A stretch of DNA of 64,000 nucleotides from Dicyema japonicum (Eukaryota; Animalia; Dicyemida), in NCBI GenBank assembly GCA_011109175.1, contig RDEW01000012.1:1215220-1279219 (forward strand), written 5' to 3'. The notes beneath the pieces are model-generated. The model was not told the DNA's origin and did not search any database. It worked only from the letters and a program-made list of their open reading frames with translations. Each line of letters opens with the position of its first letter. Position 1 is the first letter of the stretch. This document shows positions 51,080 through 62,500 of this stretch, piece by piece. The translations under genes and the position numbers were made by a program.

Positions 51080-52632
51080 TGTCGGGAGCCACAGCAGTTA
51101 ACGAGCCGCAGAGGTTACCTTTGAATGCTGAAATCAATGTCAATCATTGTCAAAAAAATAAAATAATCAATTAATTCAAAGCAAACATTAACTAATTTTT
51201 CACAATTATCATTTTAAGACGTTTAAAATGCACCTTGTTCACAATTCCCTCACTATCTTTAACATTGACAAAATTGTGGAACAATTTTGCATCAATAGTA
51301 ACAGCATCTGCGTAGGAATGCTCAAATTTCTGCTGACGTAGTGAATGATTAGTTCCATAGACCTTCTGAATAAGAACCTTTTAAGTAATTATAAATTGAA
51401 TACACTATCTGCAATGTTAAATTCATATTTCGATCGATGCACGCCCATTTTTTTATTCATCTTTTTATAATAAAGAGAATTCAAGTCTACCTTTACTATA
51501 TGTTTCGGGGCTGTCTTTATTGTCTGGTTCTGTTAATTCAGCAATATTATCCACACTTTGCAGGTTGTCTGAGGTACGCATTTGATTGTATAAAAAAACA
51601 CAGCCTTTCGAATGTGCCTTTTCCACTTTTTCTTGTCATCCGAACCATCATTTTCGATAAACTCCCTGAGATCGTCTGATAGCAGTGTTTCAACAATCCC
51701 TTGAATCTAGGGATTGTAGGGTCTTCCATGAATTTGAATTATTTTGTACTCTTGACGGAGTTTTTGATATTGTAATTCCTGAACTGCGTGCCATTGTCTG
51801 ATTGCAAGTATTTACCAAGCCTGTGATCCATTATTTGTCAGCTATTTTTGTTCAGTAGGTTCCAATTGAATGCATATTTTGAATATATGTCTAATAACTA
51901 ATAAAGTTTAAATTTTTTATTCGGTACCTCATTTGTTTCGCAATATTTACATCCTCATCATTAAGGATAGACTCTTCATTATCTTTGACATCAGTGTTGC
52001 TACTAGGCATCAGGTCAAAGTGACGAAATTTTCTAGCGTGCATTATTATTTATTATTATTAAAGCACTCCGAGAAGTCATAAAATTAATCAAGCCTCCCT
52101 TGTGCCGTATTTCTAGCCATCCTCTCTATCAGCCTTTTCCAGGACCCTCTACTTCGTGCCAGTTCCCTTAAGGTATCTAGGTCGTCTGCGGAAGTGAGCT
52201 TCAGTCCCACAGCCGACAGGTCTCCATTCAAAATAGTTGGAGTGTGACTCTTGGTCTTCCACGGAAACCGGCTCCCGTATGCATTAAGTAGTTTTCCATG
52301 GCGATATTCGCGGGTACTTGAGCATTTAGACGTAAGATATGTCCAAAGAGACTCCATCTTGATCTGAAGATCTCCTCGGATAGTATCCCAGATTATTATT
52401 TTATATTCAATGAATAGTTAGCCAGACTAAATTACAGTAAATTTTTGATAAAATAATTTAATAATTATTATATTATTATCGTAAAATAATCTTTATATCG
52501 GAATATAATAATTTATAAAAATAGAAAAAATTTTAGTATTGATTAAGTTTTAATTAAAATGACAGCTATGACGACAGATGCCAGCTGTCAAAGGTAACGT
52601 ATGTGGTTCGGTAACTGCTGTGGCTCGCGATA
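51080..52632 (-). mobile_element. Ginger-like (retroviral integrase-type DDE) DNA transposon, degraded
   Basis: About 50-bp TIRs, TGTCGGGAGCCACAGCAGTTAAC..GTTACCTTTGA and TATCGCGAGCCACAGCAGTTACC..GTTACCTTTGA. The minus strand shows an integrase core: LLDIYSKYAF, YLQSDNGTQF, IHGRPYNP*IQGIVE and WKRHIRKAVFFY. Confidence 0.75.
52045..52380 (-). mobile_element. RTE 3' fragment inserted in the Ginger-like element
   Basis: LNGDLSAVGLKLTSADDLDTLRELARSRGSWKRLIERM followed by a (TAA)n tail. Confidence 0.75.
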
Positions 52633-52770
52633 ATATAAATTGATTATAATTATTCTAATATTTAACAATTAATTTGTTACTCTGAAATGGTTAACCTTAA
52701 TCATTCTAAAAAAGTAATTAGGTAATAAATAGTTTTTATTTGCGAAGAAATAAAGAAATCAAATTTGAAA

Positions 52771-54026
52771 ATGATAGGGATTCGACAAATAAGGTTAACT
52801 TTTTACATCTGTTTGGTTAATAATAAAAGGTATAAGATATATTAGTAACTATCATTTTGATATTTTTGATTCACAAACTGACTAAGACGAATGTGTCTTT
52901 TAATATCAATTATACGACTTGTCAATTACTATTGAAAGGAAATCATGAAGTGATTTCAAAGTTGAAGGATGAATAGACAAACACGTTCGAGTATTATTCG
53001 AATCAGAAACTGTAAAAAACACGCAAAATCAAGTGGATATTTTTCATATCCGATATCTCAAGAGGAGCAAGCTAATCCACTAGCCTACTTGTTGATTGTT
53101 TACAGAAACTCTAAACAAGTTGAACAACTGCTCAGAACAATTTATAGAACAAATAACCATTATTGTATCCACGTGGACAGAAAATCCGATTCAGAATTTC
53201 TACAGAGTATTAAAAATTTCACAAGCTGTCTCCCAAATGTGATTGTAAGTAATACATATGGCGTCAAATGGGGGACAATCACTACATTGCTCGCAGAAAT
53301 AAAATGCATGGAATTACTATACAAAAGTTTGACTGATTGGAAATACATAATAAATTTAACAGGAGAAGAATTCCCATTGAAATCAAATAAGGAAATTGTA
53401 AGAATAACGAAAGCTCTCAACGGGTCTAATTGGATGGAGATTCCTATAATATTACCGTATATTTTGCTTTGGGATTATTTTAGAAAATACAGATATGAAA
53501 AAAAGGCCGATAATTTTAGAAATGGAATTAAACTATACAAGGCAGGTTTACACGGTGTTTTCTGTCGGGGATTTGTCGACTTTATATTGAAAAATGAAAC
53601 TTCCTCTGAATTACTTAAATGGTTGGAAGACACACATTGTCCTGATGAAACATTTTATCCAACATTAAACTATAATTCCAAAATTTTGAAAGTTCCAGGA
53701 TCATTGTCAGGTATATATATTATTATTTGAGCCAACATCGATCCTTAAAGCTTGAACCACAAATAAGAAATCGCTACAAACAATGGTTTACAGGGTGCTA
53801 TGGCTTCTTTGCTCGTGGTGTATGTATTTTGGGAGCACAGGATTTACAATATGCTGTTAATAGTAAAGCTATTATCGCCAACAAATTTCATGCAGATTAT
53901 AATCCGTCTACTCTAGATTGTTTAGAAAATTGGATTCGAATGAAGTCAATGAATCTTAATGATGAGTTTGACAACGACTACTTGGACATTTATAGAAAAC
54001 AGATTTTTGTTAAGAATCATGTATGA
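52771..54026 (+). CDS. Core-2/I-branching beta-1,6-N-acetylglucosaminyltransferase (GT14/GCNT family)
   Basis: Inferred type II TM segment (FYICLVTIILIFLIH). Motifs LAYLLIVY, IYRTNNHYCIHVDRKS, WKYIINLTGEEFPLKSNKEIV, CPDETFYPTLNY, GVCILG and IANKFH. Introns near 52816 and 53706-53731. Indels near 52816 and 52970-52985. Confidence 0.88.
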
Positions 54027-54369
54027 CTAACAATTCAAGTAAACCTTTATTTCAGTTCAATTTTGTTAAGGTAAATCAAATGATTTTACTGTTACATATT
54101 ATTCATTATTGGTAAGTATGAAATTGTTACTTTACTTTATTTTCCCATGTTTCTTTTATTTACTATTTGCTCCAATTATTTTGTTCCAACTAAAAAGAAT
54201 TGTACAAACTGATAATATAGTTATTTAGAACCCGACCTCCCTACTTTATATGAGACCGAATTTTCTCAGGCATCCACAGCTAGTGATGGACGCTTCCATA
54301 AGTCTTTGATGTTTACAGAGGTCACAGGTAGGAGAAAACATCTTAAAGAATTATTGATAACTGGTACGG

Positions 54370-54950
54370 ACTTTTTTTCATATCTGTATCTTCTGAAATA
54401 ATCCCAAATCAAAATATATGGTAATATTTTAGGATACTCCATTCAATTAGACTCGTTGAGAGCTTTCGTTATTCTTACAATTTCCTTATTTGATTTCAAT
54501 GGGAATTCTTTTCCTGATAGATTTAATATGTATTTCCAATCAGTCGAACCTCCGTAAAGTAATTCCATGCATTTTATTTCTGCGAGCAATGTAGTGATTG
54601 TCCCTTATTTGACGTCATATGCAATAATTACAATAACATTTTGGAGACAGCTTGGGAAATTTATTTTACTTTGTAGATATTCTGAACTGGATTTTCTGTC
54701 CACGTAAATACAATAACGGTTATTTGTCTATAAATTGTTCTGAGCAGTTGTTCAACTTGTTTCGAGCTTCTGTAAACAATCAACAAGTAGGCCAGTAGAT
54801 TAACTTGCTCTTCTTGAGATATTTGGTATGAAAAAATATTTACTTGATTTTTCGTGTTCAGCACAGTTTGTTTCCCAAATGTTACTCAAACGTTATTTGT
54901 CTAATTCATCCTTCAACTTAAAATTACTTCATGACGCTCTTGATGCGCTT
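54370..54950 (-). pseudogene. Inverted, 3'-truncated pseudogene copy of the adjacent GCNT gene
   Basis: Its reverse complement matches 52930-53510 at roughly 90 percent in the best stretch, judged by eye. It has in-frame stops (DK*RL, SN*M) and a frameshift. Confidence 0.85.
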
Positions 54951-57849
54951 TTATCGTAGGAGATTTTACGGTATCAAAAGATAATTTTTTCATTTCTTTT
55001 AAAAATACATAATATTTTTTTTATTTCTTTTTAAAAATACATTATTGCACTTTTCGTTGCTATGGTTTTTTCATTCAATGTGCACAGTATGAAATAATGA
55101 AAATTATAAATTAGAGAAATGTCATAATTTAAAACTAATAAATTGAGAATTACTTTTTCACTTAATGGATACTTTTGTATTTCCTCTCAAAAAACTAGAA
55201 TAGCTCAATTTTAGCTAAGGAACATTCTATCAGACATCCTGGTGTTTCTAAGATGTGCAAATTAATTTGCGGATAATACCATGGTATTATTAATTTGCAC
55301 ATCTTAGAACAAAATGTTATTTTTCCTGATATTTACTTGTCATTTTTGCAACCATTCCACTCTAAAGACTTTGAAGATATTCGACTTAATTTAATAGATT
55401 GTTACTTAGAATATGCATATTTATTTCCACCATATAATCTGTTTTTTTGACTAATGAGTAAAACTTCACAGAATATAGGAAATTTTTTAAAGACATGTAC
55501 AACTCAGTTGGCCAACCTGCAACCTTTCATTCGGATAATTGAAAAAATGTTTTGTAAATCTCTGGAGTTTCAAGATTATTTCGTGATTGGGGGATAATGA
55601 AGATTGATGGTAGACTATGACACCCTTTATAACAATTACAAGTTAACAGCTATAATCAAACAATGAAGGGAAGGTTAGCAAAACTCTATTTTTTGTGAGG
55701 AAAGAACATTTACATTTGTTGTTTTCACACATGAAACGAAAAAGTTTCAAAAATAAAGAATTAATAATTACTTAGGCGTTATTAATTTTTAAATCGTTTT
55801 TATGGTTAATTTTTATATGTTCATTCAAACTTAAGGTTTCTATTAGTCTCATAACATCAATTATACTTTTCGTGAGACTAAGAATGTTTCGATAGCCATA
55901 TGAGAGATAGAAAATAGATCTATCTTACTGGGAAAACGGCCAATGCCTTGCCGGCATCAAGAGGATCCAGCTATTTTTTCAACAGGGGACGATGTCGTTA
56001 CCTGAATACAAGTTCTGGAACGAGTCAGGATCAAAGAGTATGGTTTCCATTGGTTTTTGAAATAATTTATCTAAAAAAGTATGTGTAAAACAGTGAATAG
56101 TTGATATTTGATTGAATGATTTTTAATTTTTAGAATCCCTCGGAGACCATTACCATTTCGCCCCCATTGCTGTGGAGACAACTGGAACTGTAGGCGCGAA
56201 GACAGACGCCTTTCTCCACAGCATTGGAAGCATACTCGCCTCAAAAAGGTGCGAGCCACAAGAGGGACTCTGGTTGATGCAGAGGCTCGAAATGGCGATT
56301 ATCAGAGGTAACGCCTTCGCCATTCTGTTGTCCTATTATTGTCTAAATTAATTTATTTGTTTAAAAATAAAAGAAATTTGATTTAATAGATTGTTCTCCG
56401 AATTTGCACATTCATTTCAACCATTTGCTCTCTTTTCTTTCCGCTAATGAGTAAAACTTTACAGAATACAAGTTCTGGAACGATTCAGGATCAAGGAGTT
56501 AGTTTGGTTACCCTTAGTCTTCGGATTAATTTAATTTATCTAAAAAAGTATGTGAAAAACATTTGAATGAATGATTTTTAATTTTTAAGTTAATTTGACA
56601 TTGATTGACTGGTCGCGCGTAGCGAGTTGGTATTAAAATTGTTTATTTCATTGGTTTTCGATGTTTTATTTATTAATTAAATCACTCAAATGTGATGCAT
56701 TAAATATCTATATTTGAGGTTAACCAAATTGTTGATTATCGCAAGCTAGTAGAATGTTCTGTATCTTACTTGATTCCACGAGCACATAAACTCTTTAAAA
56801 TGAGCGAAAGCAATAAGCTAGGAATCATTAAATTTAACAAATTGAAATTTTCTCTAAACATAAAAAAACTTATAAAAAATCGGATAAAATTATTTTTATA
56901 TCTAAGCAATCAAGGAAGCCTTTCCAATGAATTTATAAGGGACTTTCTTTGCTCTTACTCGATTCGAGTCACTGAATAACGTTTTCGTATTTTTATGAAT
57001 GAGTTAAGAATCTTTTCTTCAGATCAGTCGGGTGCGCTCAGAATAAAAGGCAAAACAGAGGAGATAGATGCAACTATCTCGAGTCCGTCCCATATCAACT
57101 TAATGAGCAGCCTCAAAAAACAATGAGCCCATCAAGTCTAGCTGATCTAAGGATCTCGAACACGATTTTGTTAAAACGTTGACACTCATCATATTTGATA
57201 TGTAGAAGCCAGATAGAGAAGAATGCTCTTTCCTCTGGAGTCACCAGTTCCTGAGTAATCGGCTTTTTTTTCTTTCGAGTTAGCTTGTTGTGAATCAGAT
57301 ACTCGGAAAATAGAGGCAATTTAACTTGATTTTTATGGCCATAAATTGAAAAAAATAGCATTTAGGAAAGTATTTAATGCTGAAAGCTTTGTTTTCTTGT
57401 GGAAAATGAACTTTCTTTCATCACCACATTTTTTCAATTCTTGAGGAATTCGCATTTCTCAAATTTTTTTCTCAGTTAATATTTTTGACGCATAATTAAG
57501 CTAATAACTACAGTGAAAAAACATAAAGATATTTTGTGCTTAGCTAATTTTTCATCTTGTTCAGCGAAAACAACCATGTACGTCGCCAAAGAAATTAATT
57601 TATGCTAAAAACTATAAGAAATAGGATCACTTGAGATATATTTTGTTCTAAAGTTTCTAAATCATGAAAAATTAAAAATAAAACTTTGCATTCTGAAAAT
57701 CCTTTTAGCCAAGAACTAGAATTAGAGCTAATTGACACGCAAGAAAATACATTTTTTGAAATGAAAAACATATGAGAGATATTATTAAAAAAACATTTTT
57801 CCTTTTATGGCTATGAACCATATTAATGGGACACAATATTTATTATTTA

Positions 57850-58460
57850 TTTATTTTATTTAATAACCCCAAAAAGGGAACACCGAGAAAGATAGAGTAA
57901 ACCAACTAATTAAATGATCCCGGTACGCCTCAGCAGGTTCGAGACGTTTTTCCTATATTCCTCAAGAGAACCCACGGATTTCCTGTATAAACGACGATCG
58001 TTTTTTACTAGAGTTTGAAGACGGGTGGGTTTTTTTTCCAAAATACGTGTATTTGAGGCTTCTAGGATTAAACGGAGGAAACGACTTGTTTCGTGACCAC
58101 ACAGACCGAAGAAGCAGGAGTCGTTATTTTTGATAGCGGCGTGGTCAAACAATGGGGGTAAGGTCGAGTAGATATGTTAGACGTGCAAGTTTGTCTGTTA
58201 GGGAGTTGATCTTGTATGATTGGATATTGAAGATCCATAGGTCCATGTGGCACAAGCATACTCTACCGTTGGTTTTAGAATTTGATTATACATGACGATA
58301 ACGCATATCTTGGACGGCCTGGACTTTAAAAGGGATTTCATTATATTCAGTTTCCTGAGAACCTTTGTCATAACGTTCTTCACATGTTGAGAAACTGTCG
58401 TCAAAGTATCAATGTCACTCAAGGATAGTTGGTCGAATCTGTAGTGGTAAGGAGTCTCCA
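57850..58460 (-). mobile_element. I/Jockey-group LINE 3' fragment
   Basis: VMYNQILKPTVEYACATW...NLLRRTGII* followed by the family 3' motif. Confidence 0.75.
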
Positions 58461-58639
58461 TAAATGTTCAAATCCAGTGTATTTTTTTTCTTTCCCTGGT
58501 AAAGATTGTAAACTTTGATTAATCCATGGATATAGAAAGAGGATTCAACTTCAACCAGGCTACAGTCGTCAAATATGTGATTGAAGCTCTGAATTTTAAT
58601 TGTTAATGAAATTGAATGGGGTTTAATTTTCCAGAGACC

Positions 58640-59455
58640 GCAAGTATAAAATCTCATTATCGATCTTATAGCCTGTGTGACCAGGGCATGAGTAAATAAA
58701 TTGATCCATGAAGTTGGTTTTGGCATTAAATTCCGAAGATGACAAGATAGGGATTTCGAGAAGTCCTCGTGACTTATGAATGCATAATTTTTCATTAGGT
58801 TGTTAGCTCGCACAGTATTTGGAGCAGAAAATGACATTGATTCATCTGATAAGTTTATCTTGATTCTACGAATAGTTTTCTATAAAAACTCATGGATTTC
58901 ATATGTCTAATAGGCTCTTTTACGCCATATCTTTTTTGTTTGTGAGCTATGTATTTATCTGATTTAAGCATTTTATGTTTTCCAAATCAGAAGAAGTTTG
59001 CATATGATTCATCTTCAGGGAGTTTCTTTGTTTGACGAGAGGACGAGTCTCCGAGAGGAAAGATTTAATTGATGACAGGTGCGTGTTCTCTGTGAATTTT
59101 CATACCGCTCTTCATAAGGGCAGTCAGTGACGTTCTCGTTATTATGACGACGATGCTATGCTTGCGTCTATCGCGTGCTAGGCGACGGATGAAATCCATG
59201 AGTCTTTTATGGAAAACTATTCTTCGAATCAAGCTAAACTTATCAGATGAATCAAAATCTATCTGCTCAAAATTCTGTGCGAGCTAACAACCTAATGAAA
59301 TATTACGCATTCATAAGTCACAAGGACTTCTCGAAATCCCATTCTTGTCATCTTCGGAATTTAATGCAAAAACTAACTTCATGGATCAATTTATTTACAT
59401 ATGCCCTGGTCACACAAGCTATAAGATCTATGAAGAGATCTTATACGTGTGGTCC
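58640..59455. repeat. Fold-back: inverted pair of about 265 bp with a spacer of about 285 bp
   Basis: 58640-58905 is the reverse complement of 59190-59455. The inner ends match exactly (CTCATGGATTTCAT and ATGAAATCCATGAG). Confidence 0.8.
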
Positions 59456-59574
59456 TGAAGGCATTCCTGAAATTTTGAAAACACCTTTGTAATGTTGCAA
59501 TCAATTCGATTACGTCAATTTTTAATTTGTCTTCTGACAAATTTTGAGGCTACGTACGAAAAATATCTTATCTT

Positions 59575-62500
59575 TTGAGGCTACGTACGAAAAATATCTT
59601 ATCTTCGATATGGTACAATTCATAGGAGCATCACTCGTGCTTCGGTAGGGCATATACATTTATAATACACTGAGTTGATTTTATTTCCGCATTTGATTTG
59701 CAGCTCGGGACACGGTAAGATACTGCCCACATTCTTATAAGACATTTAACTGGTCCTGATAGATCGCAAATCTGAGACTACAATATCGGCAGGCCTATGA
59801 GTGTGTAAAAAGGCGGAATTTGAGAAACAGTTATGTACATTGTACAGTCGCTTTTGGCTCATTTAGACAGCATAAAGAGATGTTGTATTTTGTTAGATGC
59901 ATGACAGTTGATGCTTCTTGTAAGGTTGTTTAAGTCCTCTGCAATAAAAAGTTCCAACAATGAACGGAGAAATAGGTAAGGAAAACGAAAAAGATATAAT
60001 GCAATAGAGACGTTTGTCACCCAAATAAGATAAATATTTTAAAGTAGAGTTTTGAATCTTTTACATTTTTCCAACGTTTGTTATTGATAAGAAGAACACC
60101 AGATCGGAAAATCATAGTTCATGGTTTTTCTGATAAATTGTATGTCGATAATCATCGAGCCCTGTTTGTTATGGCCAAAAGAAGTAGCTGGAATGGTCAA
60201 GAGATTTTAACCTTCTGAGATTCTTATTGTTCTATGGAGCATACCTAACATAAAATCAGCAAAATCTCGGAATAGGCATCATAGTATGATTCCCAGTGGT
60301 TATGTAATATTTTTTATAATATAAATGTTGATTAAATCTACACTTATGGTGCTATAGGATCATATGAAAAAGTTGCGATTTCGTAAATATAACGTTATTA
60401 ATATGTTCAATTAATGGGATATATTTATTAAAACACATATTTTTTTGAAAAAATTACTTTATAAAATAATTAACTTCTTAAAATTTACATTAGTTAAACA
60501 AAAAACCAATTACAGTTACAAACAAAAAACTATTAAAAAAACTATTTGAATTAAAACAGTTTTCGCCCTACAACAGGAAGCATTTGACATGAAGATTTTT
60601 AAATACAATTATTTCCTATCTTATAAAGTTGTAACTTACTTTCCTGGCTTTTATGACGGTCATGAAAACTGATTCTCATTATCAACTACATACAATCAGG
60701 ATTACTTAAAAAGAAAAAGTGCTTTACACAATCTATAGAAAATTTATCACAACGACAATCACCAACACTTTTCCTGCACGGGGTCCATGTTTATCAATAA
60801 CGAACCTCAAAAAATTACAAGATTCGAGCTTTTTTTGGAAGACAATAAACAAATCATGGGATTTAAAGGTTGAATCTCAATGTTGTGCATTCTTGTTGAA
60901 GGTTTCACATATTTACGATATTGTGGGTTTTAACGAGTGACAGCGTAATCAATTAATACATCACTTGCAAAATATATTTTTCTACGGTGAATCAAATGCT
61001 AAATATAGATTAAATAAAAGTAAAAAGTTAAGAACATACGCTAATAACTGTTTTTACTCTAATAATATGTGTGTTCTCGATGAGTGAAGTTATAAATATT
61101 ATGCCTTTATCAGAAAACGCGTTGATTTTTATTTGATGCAGGAAAGCAAAACAAATACTAACGATTTCACAAACAAACTCTCATTTCAGAGAATTCAAGA
61201 AAGCAATAAGATCACATGAAAATTGGAAAAATTGTTAATAATTTTCCAATGTTAGGACTTTTTTAAGCTTCAAATATGGATTAACGAAATCATTGAATAA
61301 AAAATCACAACAAATTAAAAAAGTAATAACAACCGACTTAAATAGATCAATCTACTTTCGAAAGTAGATAATCAATTAACTCTTGGGGCCATTTTTCTCT
61401 CACGAAATCAAGCGTAAACTTCTCTGCATTTCTTGAATTTTGTCTTTAATTTATTTTTTTAAAATTACAATTTAATGTTAAAATAAAGCATTCCATCTGT
61501 TTTATCAAAAGATAAAATTGAAGAAATATCAGTTTTATTGCGTTTTTTAAGTATAGTATCCTTCTTTTTGTAATTCATCGATTTATTCGTATTATGACTA
61601 GAAAATTATTATTTTAAACTTAGTATGCAAATTGTCTTTAGTTTTAGATCGTGAAATATTCTTTTTTTCTTCAAATTTAGTAACCAGGCGGATACAGTTC
61701 AAATTACAGAGTGGTTCCCATGTGTTTTCTTTGCTTTGATAAATGTATGTTAAATACACTACCTTGAATAGCCGACCCATTTAACAAGATATCTCTTCTC
61801 TCCGTTTTTACTAATTTTTGAATCAATTATATCCTCGACCTCGAATTCATCTTCTTTAGAACTCTTTTTAGATTTAAATGGCATGATAACAACAACAGAC
61901 TTTACGCTTTAATTGATTTATTTTATTTCAGCATTAAATAATTTTTATTATAAATATTATAATTTTTAAATTAATGTTAACTACCATAGAATAATTTTAT
62001 GTTTCTTAAAAAATGATTTACTTTTTTATTAACCTCATGTATTATTCTATGCCTGGTCAAGCGAACGTTATTGTTCTGACATATGCGTATTTTATTTAGA
62101 ATTTCGGTTTCTTTCGTATTTTTGTCCTCTTCCTTTTTCTACTATAGTTGCTTCATGTGATTCAGCTGTCTAGTTTTCGTCCAATGTCAGAATGGAAAGA
62201 AAAAAAAAGAATTGCTCTCACACATTCGATTCGAGGAATTTTCATAACAACAAAGAATGTAATTATTCAATAGTAGAGTTTTGAATCTATTGTATTTTTC
62301 TACGTTGGTTATTGATAAGAAAGACACAAGGCAACACAGCTTATTTCATAGTTGTTGTGATAAATTACCTGTAGATAATTTTCAAGCTTTCTTTGTTATG
62401 ACCAAATGACGTACATGAAATGACCTAAAGAAAATTAAGTTTCTGAGATTTTTCGCATTTATACATGTTTTAAAAATAATGATGAAATATCAAACCTGAT

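Larger units (their letters stand above)
46380..57830. repeat. Large nested inverted duplication, left arm about 46380-54026 and right arm about 54370-57830
   Basis: Reverse-complement blocks in consistent order: 46380-48240 with 56385-57830, 48240-48440 with 56130-56350, 49830-50200 with 54985-55370, and 52930-53510 with 54370-54950. Confidence 0.85.
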
